From NCBI GenBank assembly GCA_021202525.1, contig JAJQCV010000015.1, positions 5,020 to 69,019 of the forward strand: a stretch of 64,000 bases of DNA, written 5' to 3'. The position numbers and the translations under genes were made by a program. This document shows, in pieces, positions 37,455 through 46,476 of the stretch. Origin of the DNA: Akkermansiaceae bacterium (GTDB lineage Bacteria > Verrucomicrobiota > Verrucomicrobiia > Verrucomicrobiales > Akkermansiaceae). Within the stretch, counting starts at the first letter, position 1, and the number at the start of each line of letters is the position of its first letter. Under the pieces are notes generated by a model. That model saw only the letters and a program-made list of their open reading frames with translations, was not told where the DNA came from and searched no databases.

Positions 37455-38249
37455 ATGCCCCGCATCCGTTTCACCGCCGCTTACGACGGCCGCCCCTACC
37501 TGGGCTGGCAAAGCCAGCCGGGAGGCCGCACTGTGCAGGACAAGCTGGAACGCGCCTTTTCAGCCCTCTTCGGGAAAGCCGTCCGCATCCACGGGTCCGG
37601 CAGGACGGACGCCGGAGTGCACGCCCTGGGACAGGTCTTCCACGTGGATGCGCCGGACACCCACCGCATTCCCGCAGACAAATGGCCTGCGGCCATCAAT
37701 ACCCGCCTGCCCCGCACCATCCGGGTCATCCATGCGGAGTACACGGACCCCGGCTTTCACGCCCGCTTCAACGCCGCGGGGAAAACGTACCGCTACTGCA
37801 TTTCCAGCGAACCCATCCTGAACCCGTTTGACGCGGGCCTGGTCTGGCACCGTCCGCTGGCCTGGAGCCTGGACACCCTGGCGGAAGCCGCCGGGCTCTT
37901 TCTGGGAGAACACGATTTTACGGCTTTTGCCGCCCTGAGGGGCAACGAGCCCCGCCCCATCCCGGAAGACTACTTCCGGCGCACCATTACCCGTGCGGAC
38001 GTGAGGCGGGAAGGGAACCACACCTTCATCACATTCACGGGCACGGGCTTCCTTTATAAAATGGTGCGCCTCATGGCGGGCGCGGCCCATGAGGCGGCAC
38101 GTGGGAAAATCACGCTGGAGGAATTGAACCGCCTCATCCGTTTCCCGCGCCCGGATGACAAAAGCCCGTTCTGCGCACCGCCGGACGGCCTTACCCTGAT
38201 GCAGGTGCATTACCCGGACCCCGCTCCGGAAAACAGGCCGGAGCAATAA
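37455..38249 (+). CDS. truA: tRNA pseudouridine(38-40) synthase
   Basis: AYDGRPYLGWQSQP, GSGRTDAGVHALGQ, FHARFNA, GTGFLYKMVR, APPDGLTL. Confidence 0.96.
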   Translation: MPRIRFTAAYDGRPYLGWQSQPGGRTVQDKLERAFSALFGKAVRIHGSGRTDAGVHALGQVFHVDAPDTHRIPADKWPAAINTRLPRTIRVIHAEYTDPGFHARFNAAGKTYRYCISSEPILNPFDAGLVWHRPLAWSLDTLAEAAGLFLGEHDFTAFAALRGNEPRPIPEDYFRRTITRADVRREGNHTFITFTGTGFLYKMVRLMAGAAHEAARGKITLEELNRLIRFPRPDDKSPFCAPPDGLTLMQVHYPDPAPENRPEQ

Positions 38250-38266
38250 AAAACGGCCTCCGGCGT

Positions 38267-38854
38267 TTACTTTTCCTCCATTCCCCGCGGAATGGCGTAC
38301 AGGCCTTCCCTTCTGATGAAGCTTTCCACTTCCGGATTCAAATGCGGCACGGGGCATACGCCCGCGCGCAAAGCTTCCCGGATTCCGGTGGAAGATGCGG
38401 GTTCATCCCCTTCAATAAAAACGGCCCGGACTCCTTCCCTGGGAGCCGGAGCGCCGCCCCGGTGGTACACGATGAACGTCGCCAAGTCAGCCAAATGCCG
38501 CCAGCGGCCCCATTTCTCCAGGGAATCCCACTGATCCTTGCCCATCAGCCAGAACAATTCCGCTCCCGGATGGCAGGCAGCCACGCTTTCCGCCACCCGC
38601 CATGACCAGGAAGGCGGGGGCAAATTCAAGTCCGTGCGGTCCAATACGGCCCACTCCAGCCCTTTCAGGGCCAATTCAATCATCCGGCAGCGCCGGGCTT
38701 CCGAAACGGAAGGGGGCTGTTCCTTCAGCGGGGAAAGGGAACAGGGCATGAACAGCACGCGGTCCAGGCAACAGCGCTCTCTGGCGCGGGAAGCCACGCG
38801 CACATGGCCTTCATGCACGGGATCAAACGAACCGCCGAAAATGCACAACTTCAC
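38267..38854 (-). CDS. nadD: Nicotinate-nucleotide adenylyltransferase
   Basis: IFGGSFDPVHEGH, WLMGKDQ, ASSTGIR, V..FIRREGLY. Confidence 0.92.
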   Translation of the reverse strand: MKLCIFGGSFDPVHEGHVRVASRARERCCLDRVLFMPCSLSPLKEQPPSVSEARRCRMIELALKGLEWAVLDRTDLNLPPPSWSWRVAESVAACHPGAELFWLMGKDQWDSLEKWGRWRHLADLATFIVYHRGGAPAPREGVRAVFIEGDEPASSTGIREALRAGVCPVPHLNPEVESFIRREGLYAIPRGMEEK

Positions 38855-38882
38855 CGTCCGTCACCTCCATGAGGGCAGGAAA

Positions 38883-39560
38883 TCAGAGCCCTTCCGTACC
38901 TTTGTAGGGAAGGAACCCACCGATGGGAACGCGCACCATCCTCTTTTCCAGCGGCAGGCGCCGGAACCGGTTGATGAAATCCGTCAGGCGGCCGTAATTG
39001 CGTTCCGTCTTGGGAATCCCCTGATGGCCGCAGTTCACGTCCGGATTGTAATGCAGCTCCACATGAAGATGGGCCGGATACATGCCGCGGTTCGTGCCGA
39101 TGGTGCCCACCTGGGTGCCGCGCAGCACCAGCTGCCCCAGCACCACGTTGATGTCATTCAAGTGGGAATAAAGCGTCTGGCAACAGAGAACCTTTCCGGA
39201 CTTGGGCTCCCGGAAGGCATGGCGGACAATCACCACCTTTCCCCAGGCGCCCCGTGCGTCTGCGGCATACGTGACCACGCCGTGGCCCACGGAATAAACG
39301 GGGTCCCCCAGGTCGGTATTGCCGCCGCCGTTGCCGTTCCAGTCCTCGCCCATGTGGCGGGGGCTCTTCAGGCGCAGGCCGCGGGAACGGTAATAGCCCT
39401 TGCCGTCCGGCTTGCCAACCGGAAAGTCAAAGCCATCGCACAGGGGGACGAGCGCAAACTTGCTGTCCCGCTTGGCCATGTAAACGGGCGCGCTCTCGCT
39501 GATGAAGGCCGTGCCGGTCAGAAAGAACAGGGCCAACAGTAAAAAACGGAAGTAGAACAT
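38883..39560 (-). CDS. M23 family metallopeptidase, exported
   Basis: HMGEDWN (HxxxD), YSHL, AHLHVEL (HxH). Confidence 0.87.
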   Translation of the reverse strand: MFYFRFLLLALFFLTGTAFISESAPVYMAKRDSKFALVPLCDGFDFPVGKPDGKGYYRSRGLRLKSPRHMGEDWNGNGGGNTDLGDPVYSVGHGVVTYAADARGAWGKVVIVRHAFREPKSGKVLCCQTLYSHLNDINVVLGQLVLRGTQVGTIGTNRGMYPAHLHVELHYNPDVNCGHQGIPKTERNYGRLTDFINRFRRLPLEKRMVRVPIGGFLPYKGTEGL

Positions 39561-39753
39561 AGGGGAAAAAAGTTTCCATATGCTAGACAGCGCGCATGCC
39601 CGTATCAAGCGGAATTCTCAGTATGTCCCAGTTAGAACATCTGAGCCGTTTCCCCGCCCGGAACGCACCGTTTCCCTTTCAACTTGACAGCAAAGCCCCT
39701 CTATGAAAGAAGGAGGGAGCATTCTGCGTATTTCTGCAACACATATATTCCCC

Positions 39754-41832
39754 ATGAACAAGCTTGTGCCTCTCTTTATTGGAACCGCTCTTTCCACCCT
39801 CATGCTGCCCGGACGGGCCGCAGATCCGCCCAAACCTTACGGCGCCGTGCCAACTCCCCAGCAGGTGAACTGGCAGCGAATGGAATTTTACGGTTTCATC
39901 CACTTTGGCCTGAATACCTTTACCGGCAGGGAATGGGGATACGGAGACGAAAACCCGCAAATTTTCAATCCCTCGGATTTCAACGCCTCCGAGATCGTGG
40001 AAACTTTCAAGAAAGGCGGCATGAAGGGCATGATTTACACGGCCAAGCACCACGACGGCTTCTGCGCCTGGCCCACCAAGTCCACGGAGCACAACATCAC
40101 GAAAACCCCATGGAAAAACGGCAAGGGGGACGTGGTCAAGGAATTCGCCCTGGCCTGCAAAAAACACGGCATCAAATTCGGCACCTACCTCAGCCCGTGG
40201 GACCGCAACCACGCCGAATACGGCAAGGAAGGCTACCTGAAAGCCTACTACCAGCAAATCCGGGAACTTCTGAGCAACTACGGTCCCGTGTTTGAAATCT
40301 GGTTTGACGGAGCCAACGGCGGCGACGGCTACTACGGCGGAGCCCGTGAAAAACGCAACATCGGAGATGCGGAGAAATACTACAACTTTGAAAAGATCGT
40401 GGAAATGATCCGCTCCATCCAGCCCAACTGCATCATCTGGGGCGCCGGCCATTATGGAGACGCCCGCTGGGGCGGTTCTGAAAAGGGCCATGTCAACTAC
40501 CCCCACTGGAGCACCGTGGGACTGAACGGCGGCGGTGGCGGAACCGGCAAGCGCGGCGGCGAACGCTGGGTGCCCGCGGAAGGAGACACCACCATCAACC
40601 ATTCCGGCTGGTTCTGGCACCAGGGCCAGGCTTCCCGCGTCAAATCCCCGGAAGAACTCATGCAGGTCTGGTTTGACTCCGTAGGCCGCGGAGCCAACCT
40701 CATCCTGAACGTTGCCGCGGACAAGACCGGCAAACTGGACCCCGCCGACGTCAAATCCCTGATGGAATTCAAGGAATTGCGCGACAAGCTGTATGCCAAG
40801 AACTTCGCTCTGGGAGCCACGGCCACGGCCAGCCAGACCCGCGGCAACGACAAGAAATTCTCCCCTTCCAACATGACGGACGGCAACCTGGACACCTACT
40901 GGGCCGTGGAGGACGACAACCTGACGCCCTCCGCCGTCATCACGCTGCCCAAGCCCGCCACCTTTGACGTCATCCGCCTGCGCGAACAGATCCGCCTGGG
41001 CCAGCGCGTGGACTCCTTCAACATCGACGCTTTCATCAAGGGCAAATGGGTTTGCATCGACAACGGAGGAAAAACCATCGGCAACCAGGTCATGCGCCGG
41101 CTTGACCGCCCCATCACAGCCCAGAAGCTGCGCCTGCGCATCACGGGCAGCCAGGCCACACCCTGCATCTCCGAATTTGCCCTGTTCCGCCAGCCTGCGG
41201 GAGCCGTGCGCCCGTCCATCTTCCGCCGCGGCGACAACCTGGTCATCCTGGCGGACGGCAAGAACAAAATCCTCTACACGACGGACGGAAGCGAGCCCAA
41301 GGCCGGGTCCTCCGTCTATTCGCAGGGAGCCAAATTCAGCGAAAGCGGAGTTGTAAAGGCACGCTGCCAGTTTGCCAACGGCAAGCTCGGCCCCGTCAGC
41401 CGGGCGAAATTCGGCATCAGCAAAACCGGATGGAAAGTGAAAAGCGCCACCTCCGGCAATGCGGCCGCCGCCATTGACGACAACCCGGAAACCTCCTGGA
41501 CCGCCAATTCCGGCGCTCCCCAGTCCTTCGTGGTGGACATGGGCAAACCCTACCGGGCCACCAGCTTCTCCTACCTGCCGCGCCAGGATGGAAAAACGGA
41601 AGGCATGACGGACAAGTACCAGTTTGAAGTGAGCGCGGACGGCAAAACCTGGAAAAAGGCGGCAGAGGGGGAATTCTCCAACCTCCGCGCCAATCCCATC
41701 GAACAAAACGTCAACCTCAAGGATGCCAGCGAGCCCGTGCGCTACTTCCGCTTTACCGGAACAAACGCGTTGGACGGCAACGGAGCTTCCGCCGCAGAAA
41801 TCAACGTTTTCGGCACTCCCGCCCAAGGCTAG
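39754..41832 (+). CDS. Alpha-L-fucosidase, GH29, with F5/8 type C domains
   Basis: Signal peptide, FIHFGLNTF, TAKHHDGFCAWP, YLSPWDRN, IWFDGANGG, SVGRGANLILNV. Confidence 0.93.
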   Translation: MNKLVPLFIGTALSTLMLPGRAADPPKPYGAVPTPQQVNWQRMEFYGFIHFGLNTFTGREWGYGDENPQIFNPSDFNASEIVETFKKGGMKGMIYTAKHHDGFCAWPTKSTEHNITKTPWKNGKGDVVKEFALACKKHGIKFGTYLSPWDRNHAEYGKEGYLKAYYQQIRELLSNYGPVFEIWFDGANGGDGYYGGAREKRNIGDAEKYYNFEKIVEMIRSIQPNCIIWGAGHYGDARWGGSEKGHVNYPHWSTVGLNGGGGGTGKRGGERWVPAEGDTTINHSGWFWHQGQASRVKSPEELMQVWFDSVGRGANLILNVAADKTGKLDPADVKSLMEFKELRDKLYAKNFALGATATASQTRGNDKKFSPSNMTDGNLDTYWAVEDDNLTPSAVITLPKPATFDVIRLREQIRLGQRVDSFNIDAFIKGKWVCIDNGGKTIGNQVMRRLDRPITAQKLRLRITGSQATPCISEFALFRQPAGAVRPSIFRRGDNLVILADGKNKILYTTDGSEPKAGSSVYSQGAKFSESGVVKARCQFANGKLGPVSRAKFGISKTGWKVKSATSGNAAAAIDDNPETSWTANSGAPQSFVVDMGKPYRATSFSYLPRQDGKTEGMTDKYQFEVSADGKTWKKAAEGEFSNLRANPIEQNVNLKDASEPVRYFRFTGTNALDGNGASAAEINVFGTPAQG

Positions 41833-41854
41833 CGAACACAGCCCCGCTTGTTTG

Positions 41855-41888
41855 AACGTCTCGGCCCGAAAGGACCGGGACGTTTTTT
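41855..41888 (+). terminator. Rho-independent terminator of the fucosidase gene
   Basis: Stem AACGTCTCGGCCC / GGACCGGGACGTT, GAAA loop, T6 tail. Confidence 0.8.
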
Positions 41889-41903
41889 CGTGGCCACGAA
41901 AAA
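41884..41903. repeat. Perfect 20 bp palindrome TTTTTCGTGGCCACGAAAAA
   Basis: Read directly; overlaps the terminator T tail. Confidence 0.8.
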
Positions 41904-42323
41904 GGACACGCGCATTTATCCGCTGGAGAGGAATTTCTCTGTTTCACGGCTTCCAGGTAACCCTATTGCTCCTTGAAAAAAGAGTTCCGGAAGTAATGGA
42001 CGGCTCCACCCCGATTCCACCACCTTAATACATTCCTCATCCTTCTTCCGAGGCGCATCAAGAGACCGCCCGGACCGGAAGGGTCCACCAGAGGGCAGGC
42101 ACTTTCCGAAACCACCGAAAGAATCCTTCGTATTCTCCAATGCCCCTCTCAGCAGGGCAGATGGAAGAACACTACCCCGGTTCCGCCGGAAAGGAAGGAA
42201 CGCCAAGGAAAGCCTTTCTAGATGGAACTGCCTTGCGTTATCCTCTTCCCTATCCTGCCAGTCTCCCACTAGCCCCTCATCAGTCTGAGTGGAATGCCTT
42301 TCTCCCGCAATACGCACATACAC

Positions 42324-42351
42324 AAAAAAGGCGCGTCCCGAAGGACGCGCC
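42324..42351 (-). terminator. Rho-independent terminator of the pilin gene
   Basis: GGCGCGTCC-TTCG-GGACGCGCC then T6 on the minus strand. Confidence 0.88.
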
Positions 42352-42381
42352 GCACAAAATCATGCCGACTTGGGAAAAGAC

Positions 42382-43140
42382 TTATTCCTGGCCGCTGAAA
42401 TCAGGAGTGAGGATCAGGAACTGGTCGCTGATGTCCTTACCCCTTCTCTTGGGAATGAAGGTGTCCTGAAGGTCGTCGTTGTCGTTCAGTTCCAAGGTTT
42501 TGGCACTCTGGGCAGTCGTGAAGATCAGCACCTTGCCGCGGAAACTTTCCGGGTCAAAGCGGACGGCATTGCCGGCAACCACCGTGGAGCCGTCATCGCC
42601 GGGAAGCACGGAGGTAACCATCAGGGGATATTCACCAACGGAGCTGCCGATACCCACCTTCTTGTTGTTCTCACCCTTGCGCATCACGTAGGAAATGCCC
42701 ACTTCACCGGGAGTCAGGGCCTTGCCGTCATAGATTTCACCGTCGGGAGTGACGGTGGAACCGCCGGAAGCAGTCTGGACCTTGGCGTAGAAGTTGCTTT
42801 CAGACACGGACTCATTGGCCAGAAGCTGGCGGAAATAGTCATTGGAGGTGTCGCCCTGCAACGGCCCCAGGCCGGCCATGTAACTGTGCTGGGCCACCAC
42901 GCGGTCAGCGGTGATGTCGTCCGGGAAATTGCCCAGCTTGCTGTTGGACTTGAATTCGTTCATCGCCACGCCCACGTTCTTCATGTTGGTCAGGGCCTGC
43001 ATCTGGTCTCCCTTGTTGATCTGGTTGATAATGGGACCATACGCCACGGACGCGAGCAGCGCGATAATGGCGATAACGACCAAAAGTTCGATCAGGGTGA
43101 AACCCCGGCGTAACTGGCGTGTTGCAAAAGATACTTTCAT
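42382..43140 (-). CDS. Type IV pilin-like protein (prepilin N-terminal cleavage/methylation)
   Basis: RRG|FTLIELLVVIAIIALLASVAYG with Glu5. Confidence 0.92.
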   Translation of the reverse strand: MKVSFATRQLRRGFTLIELLVVIAIIALLASVAYGPIINQINKGDQMQALTNMKNVGVAMNEFKSNSKLGNFPDDITADRVVAQHSYMAGLGPLQGDTSNDYFRQLLANESVSESNFYAKVQTASGGSTVTPDGEIYDGKALTPGEVGISYVMRKGENNKKVGIGSSVGEYPLMVTSVLPGDDGSTVVAGNAVRFDPESFRGKVLIFTTAQSAKTLELNDNDDLQDTFIPKRRGKDISDQFLILTPDFSGQE

Positions 43141-43329
43141 TGTTGAATCTAATGGAATGTTTACAGTTTAAGAAAACCGTATGTGGTTATCTATGTTCGT
43201 TTCTACTATTAACGTCATTTCCTAGTCAGGACAAGCATATTCTCACAAAATTCTCGGGCCTGGAAACGCGGTTCCGGATTGCCGGAAATACAGGACGTTT
43301 CCCTGCCCGGAGAAACATGGAAAACGTCT

Positions 43330-44115
43330 TTACTTGCCGCGGCCGAAAAAGGCGCTCAAATCTTCCAGCGCTCCGGCGTCCGGTTTGTCCGCCTCCGCGA
43401 TGACGCGGCGCTGAAGTTCCGTAATCTCGTCCAGCCCTTTGCGCCCCAGCTCCAGCATCCTGTTCATCTGGTCTGCGGTAAAGACGGCTTCCTCTCCGGA
43501 ACCCTGCACTTCCACGAACTCGCCCCGGTCCGTCATCACCAGGTTCATGTCCACTTCCGCGTCCTTGTCTTCCACGTAGCAAAGGTCCAGCAGGGCCTCC
43601 CCTTCCAGCATGCCTACGGACACCGCGGACACGAGCCTCTTGAGGGGGGATTCCGTCAGTTTGCCCGCCGCCACCAGCTTGTTCACGGCAATCGCCAGAG
43701 CCACGGAAGCCCCGGTGATGGAGGCGGTGCGCGTCCCGCCGTCAGCCTGGAGAACATCGCAGTCCACCCAGATAGTGCGCGCGCCGATCTTGCCCAGGTC
43801 CACGGCGGCCCGCAGGGAGCGGCCGATCAGCCGCTGAATCTCGCTGGAACGTCCGTCCAGCTTGCCTGCCGTGATGTCGCGGCGCTTGCGGTCCAGCGTG
43901 GAATAGGGAAGCATGGAATACTCCGCCGTCAGCCAGCCGCCTTCCACACGCTGCACCTTCATCCAGCGCGGCACATCCTCTTCAATCGTTACGGCGCAAA
44001 TCACCTTCGTCCGTCCGAAAGTCACCAGCACGGAAGCCGTGGCGTTCGGAGCGATGCCCGTTTCAAAGCTGATCGGGCGCAACTGGTCCACAAGTCGTTT
44101 ATCCTGACGTTCCAT
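43330..44115 (-). CDS. rph: Ribonuclease PH
   Basis: GWLTAEYSMLP, GRSSEIQRLIGRSLR, DCDVLQADGGTRTASITGA, VEVQGSGE. Confidence 0.96.
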   Translation of the reverse strand: MERQDKRLVDQLRPISFETGIAPNATASVLVTFGRTKVICAVTIEEDVPRWMKVQRVEGGWLTAEYSMLPYSTLDRKRRDITAGKLDGRSSEIQRLIGRSLRAAVDLGKIGARTIWVDCDVLQADGGTRTASITGASVALAIAVNKLVAAGKLTESPLKRLVSAVSVGMLEGEALLDLCYVEDKDAEVDMNLVMTDRGEFVEVQGSGEEAVFTADQMNRMLELGRKGLDEITELQRRVIAEADKPDAGALEDLSAFFGRGK

Positions 44116-44195
44116 GCGGTGAATCATGACGGATGCGGAGCGTTTTTTCAAATGGAAAGATGGATTTCCTGTGCCGAACCGGTAATATTTCTCCC

Positions 44196-45581
44196 ATGAA
44201 ACTTCCCGCCACCCGTGTAGCCGTCCTTGATGCCGTAGCCCTTTCCCGCCAGATGATGGAACACATGCCCAGGCTTTCCGCCTGGGCGGAGCGCCAGCGC
44301 ATTTCCTCCTTCCCTCCGGCCTTTCCGGCGGTCACCTGCACGGCGCAGAGCTCCTACATCACCGGCCTCGCCCCGGAGGAGCACGCCATCCCCGGCAACG
44401 GCTGGTACAACAGGAACATGAACGAGGTGCAGTTCTGGAAGCAATCAAACAAACTGGTGCAGGGACCGCGCATCTGGGAAAAGCTGAAGAACCTGTACGG
44501 CCCCTCCTTCACCTGCGCCAAACTCTTCTGGTGGTACAACATGTACTCCACTGCGGACTGGAGCATCACGCCGCGGCCCATGTACCCGGCGGACGGCCGC
44601 AAAATCTTTGACATCTATACGCAGCCCATGGACCTGCGGGAAACCATCAAGCAGGACCTTGGGGAATTCCCCTTCCCCACATTCTGGGGCCCCATGGCCG
44701 GCATCGGCGCCACGCAATGGATTGCGGACTCCGTCCGGTGGATTGAGCAAAAATACCGCCCCAATCTCAACCTGGTCTATCTGCCCTACCTGGACTACGA
44801 CCTCCAGAAATTCGGCCCCTCCTCCGGGGAGGCGGCCAAGGCGGCCCGGGCCATGGACGATCTTCTTTGCGACCTGATCGACTTCCTGGAACGGGAGGGC
44901 GTCACGCCGATCATCGTAAGCGAATACGGCATTTCCGACGTCTCCCGCACGGTAACCCTGAACCGCCTCTTCCGGGAACGCGGCTGGATCACCGTCAAGC
45001 CGGAACTGGGAACGGAAATGCTGGACGGCGGAGCTTCCAAAGCCTTCGCCGTGGCCGACCACCAAGTGGCCCAGATTTACGTCAACGACCCCTCCGTGCG
45101 GGAGGAAGTAAAAGCCCTGCTCTCCGCCACCCCCGGCGTGGAGGAAATCCGGGAGACGAACTTTTCCGGCCTGAATCCGGCCGCCTGCGAACGCCTGCCG
45201 GACTTCACCGCCGTGGCGGCCCCGGACACATGGTTCACCTACTACTACTGGACGGACGACGCCAAGGCGCCGGACTTCGCCCGCTGCGTGGACATTCACC
45301 GCAAACCCGGCTACGACCCCGCGGAAATGTTCTTTGATCCGGCCCTCTCCTTCCCCATGCTCCACGCTGCCCTGTTCCTGCTGAAAAAGAAACTGGGCTT
45401 TCGCGCCCTGATGAAAGTCACTCCCCTCAACGGGGACCAGGTGAAAGGCTCCCACGGCAGGGACAACGTACCGGACTTCCAGCAGCCCGTCTTCATCGGT
45501 CCTGCCCGCCTGCCGGAGGTCCATTCTCCGCGGGACGTGCATGAAGCCATTTTGGCGGCCTTCGCCTCCGACTTCCCATAA
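44196..45581 (+). CDS. Alkaline phosphatase superfamily nucleotide pyrophosphatase/phosphodiesterase (EboF-like)
   Basis: FPAVTCTAQSS, GNGWY, VYLPYLDYDLQKFGP, SEYGI, AVADHQVAQIY, DIHRKPGYDPAEMF, KGSHG. Confidence 0.82.
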   Translation: MKLPATRVAVLDAVALSRQMMEHMPRLSAWAERQRISSFPPAFPAVTCTAQSSYITGLAPEEHAIPGNGWYNRNMNEVQFWKQSNKLVQGPRIWEKLKNLYGPSFTCAKLFWWYNMYSTADWSITPRPMYPADGRKIFDIYTQPMDLRETIKQDLGEFPFPTFWGPMAGIGATQWIADSVRWIEQKYRPNLNLVYLPYLDYDLQKFGPSSGEAAKAARAMDDLLCDLIDFLEREGVTPIIVSEYGISDVSRTVTLNRLFRERGWITVKPELGTEMLDGGASKAFAVADHQVAQIYVNDPSVREEVKALLSATPGVEEIRETNFSGLNPAACERLPDFTAVAAPDTWFTYYYWTDDAKAPDFARCVDIHRKPGYDPAEMFFDPALSFPMLHAALFLLKKKLGFRALMKVTPLNGDQVKGSHGRDNVPDFQQPVFIGPARLPEVHSPRDVHEAILAAFASDFP

Positions 45582-45617
45582 AGAGGAAACAGCCGGAAGA
45601 CGGCGCGCTTCCACGGG

Positions 45618-45642
45618 AAAAAACTCCGGACTTCTGTCCGGA
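45618..45642 (-). terminator. Possible terminator of the cdaA-bioD unit
   Basis: TCCGGAC/GTCCGGA hairpin followed by a T6 run on the minus strand. Confidence 0.5.
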
Positions 45643-45670
45643 CCGCTTTCATTCCGGATGCCTCACCCCG

Positions 45671-46312
45671 TCAGCCCAGGCGTTCCAGCAGGGCGTCCAC
45701 GTCCAGGGAATCCTGCCCGTGGATCAATTCACCCAGCACAGGCACGTCGGAAAACTCCTCAATCATGCTCCGGTTCGTCACGCAGGCGGTATCCCATTCA
45801 TCCTTCACATTGTTGAAAATGATCCCCAGGCACTCCAACCCGCGCGCCTTGATGGCGTCAAGCGTCAGCAGAGCGTGGTTGATGGCTCCCAGCTTGTTGC
45901 CGATCACCAAAAGAATGGGAAGATGGAAATCTGCGGCCATGTCGCTGAATCTCCGCTCTGCCGCGATCGGCACCTCCCAGCCGCCCACGCCTTCCACCAG
46001 CACGCAGTCATGCGCGGCGGCCAAAGCCTCATAAGCGCGGCGCACAGCCTCTTCATCCACCTGCGTATTCTCCAGCCTGGCGGCCACATAGGGACAGGTG
46101 GCATTCTTCAAAAACACGGGGTTCAACTCATCCAGCGTCAGGCCTTCCGGCCCCGCCTCCCGCAGAAGCCGGGCATCCTGCCTGTCTCCGCAGGCCACGG
46201 GCTTGAATCCCGCGGCATTCACACCCCGTTCCCTCAGGGCCTTCACAATCAGGCAGCTCACGTAAGTCTTGCCTGCTTCCGTATCAGTTCCGGTAACGAT
46301 AAAATTTCTCAT
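45671..46312 (-). CDS. bioD: Dethiobiotin synthase
   Basis: TGTDTEAGKT, FKPVACG, LVEGVGG, NKLGAINHALLT. Confidence 0.94.
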   Translation of the reverse strand: MRNFIVTGTDTEAGKTYVSCLIVKALRERGVNAAGFKPVACGDRQDARLLREAGPEGLTLDELNPVFLKNATCPYVAARLENTQVDEEAVRRAYEALAAAHDCVLVEGVGGWEVPIAAERRFSDMAADFHLPILLVIGNKLGAINHALLTLDAIKARGLECLGIIFNNVKDEWDTACVTNRSMIEEFSDVPVLGELIHGQDSLDVDALLERLG

Positions 46313-46323
46313 GATGGTAAGCT

Positions 46324-46476
46324 TCAGGGATGGGATCTTCTGATCTCCTCCAGTTGCGCGCGGGACGGCGCGGCATCATTCGTGGTTACCCAGTGGTTGA
46401 TGAATGACCAGATGATGACGGCCAGCACCAGGCAGAACAACTTGGCTGGCCAGTTAAGCAATAGCAGTTTTTTCAT
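46324..46476 (-). CDS. 50 aa single-TM protein resembling the CdaR/YbbR membrane anchor (not in the ORF track)
   Basis: MKKLLLLNWPAKLFCLVLAVIIWSFINHWVTTNDAAPSRAQLEEIRRSHP; overlaps the cdaA 3' end by 23 nt and ends 11 nt before bioD. Confidence 0.7.
   Translation of the reverse strand: MKKLLLLNWPAKLFCLVLAVIIWSFINHWVTTNDAAPSRAQLEEIRRSHP

Noticed and set aside
28256-39560. L,D-transpeptidase and M23 peptidase as lysis genes of the phage-like module
   Set aside because: Both have host-type export signals; the first is coupled to an acetyltransferase past a hairpin, the second has its own promoter and is linked to nadD. No holin.
41916-42323. 135 aa minus-strand ORF downstream of the pilin
   Set aside because: Starts right at the pilin terminator tail, has atypical composition and no motif; kept only as part of the unexplained interval.
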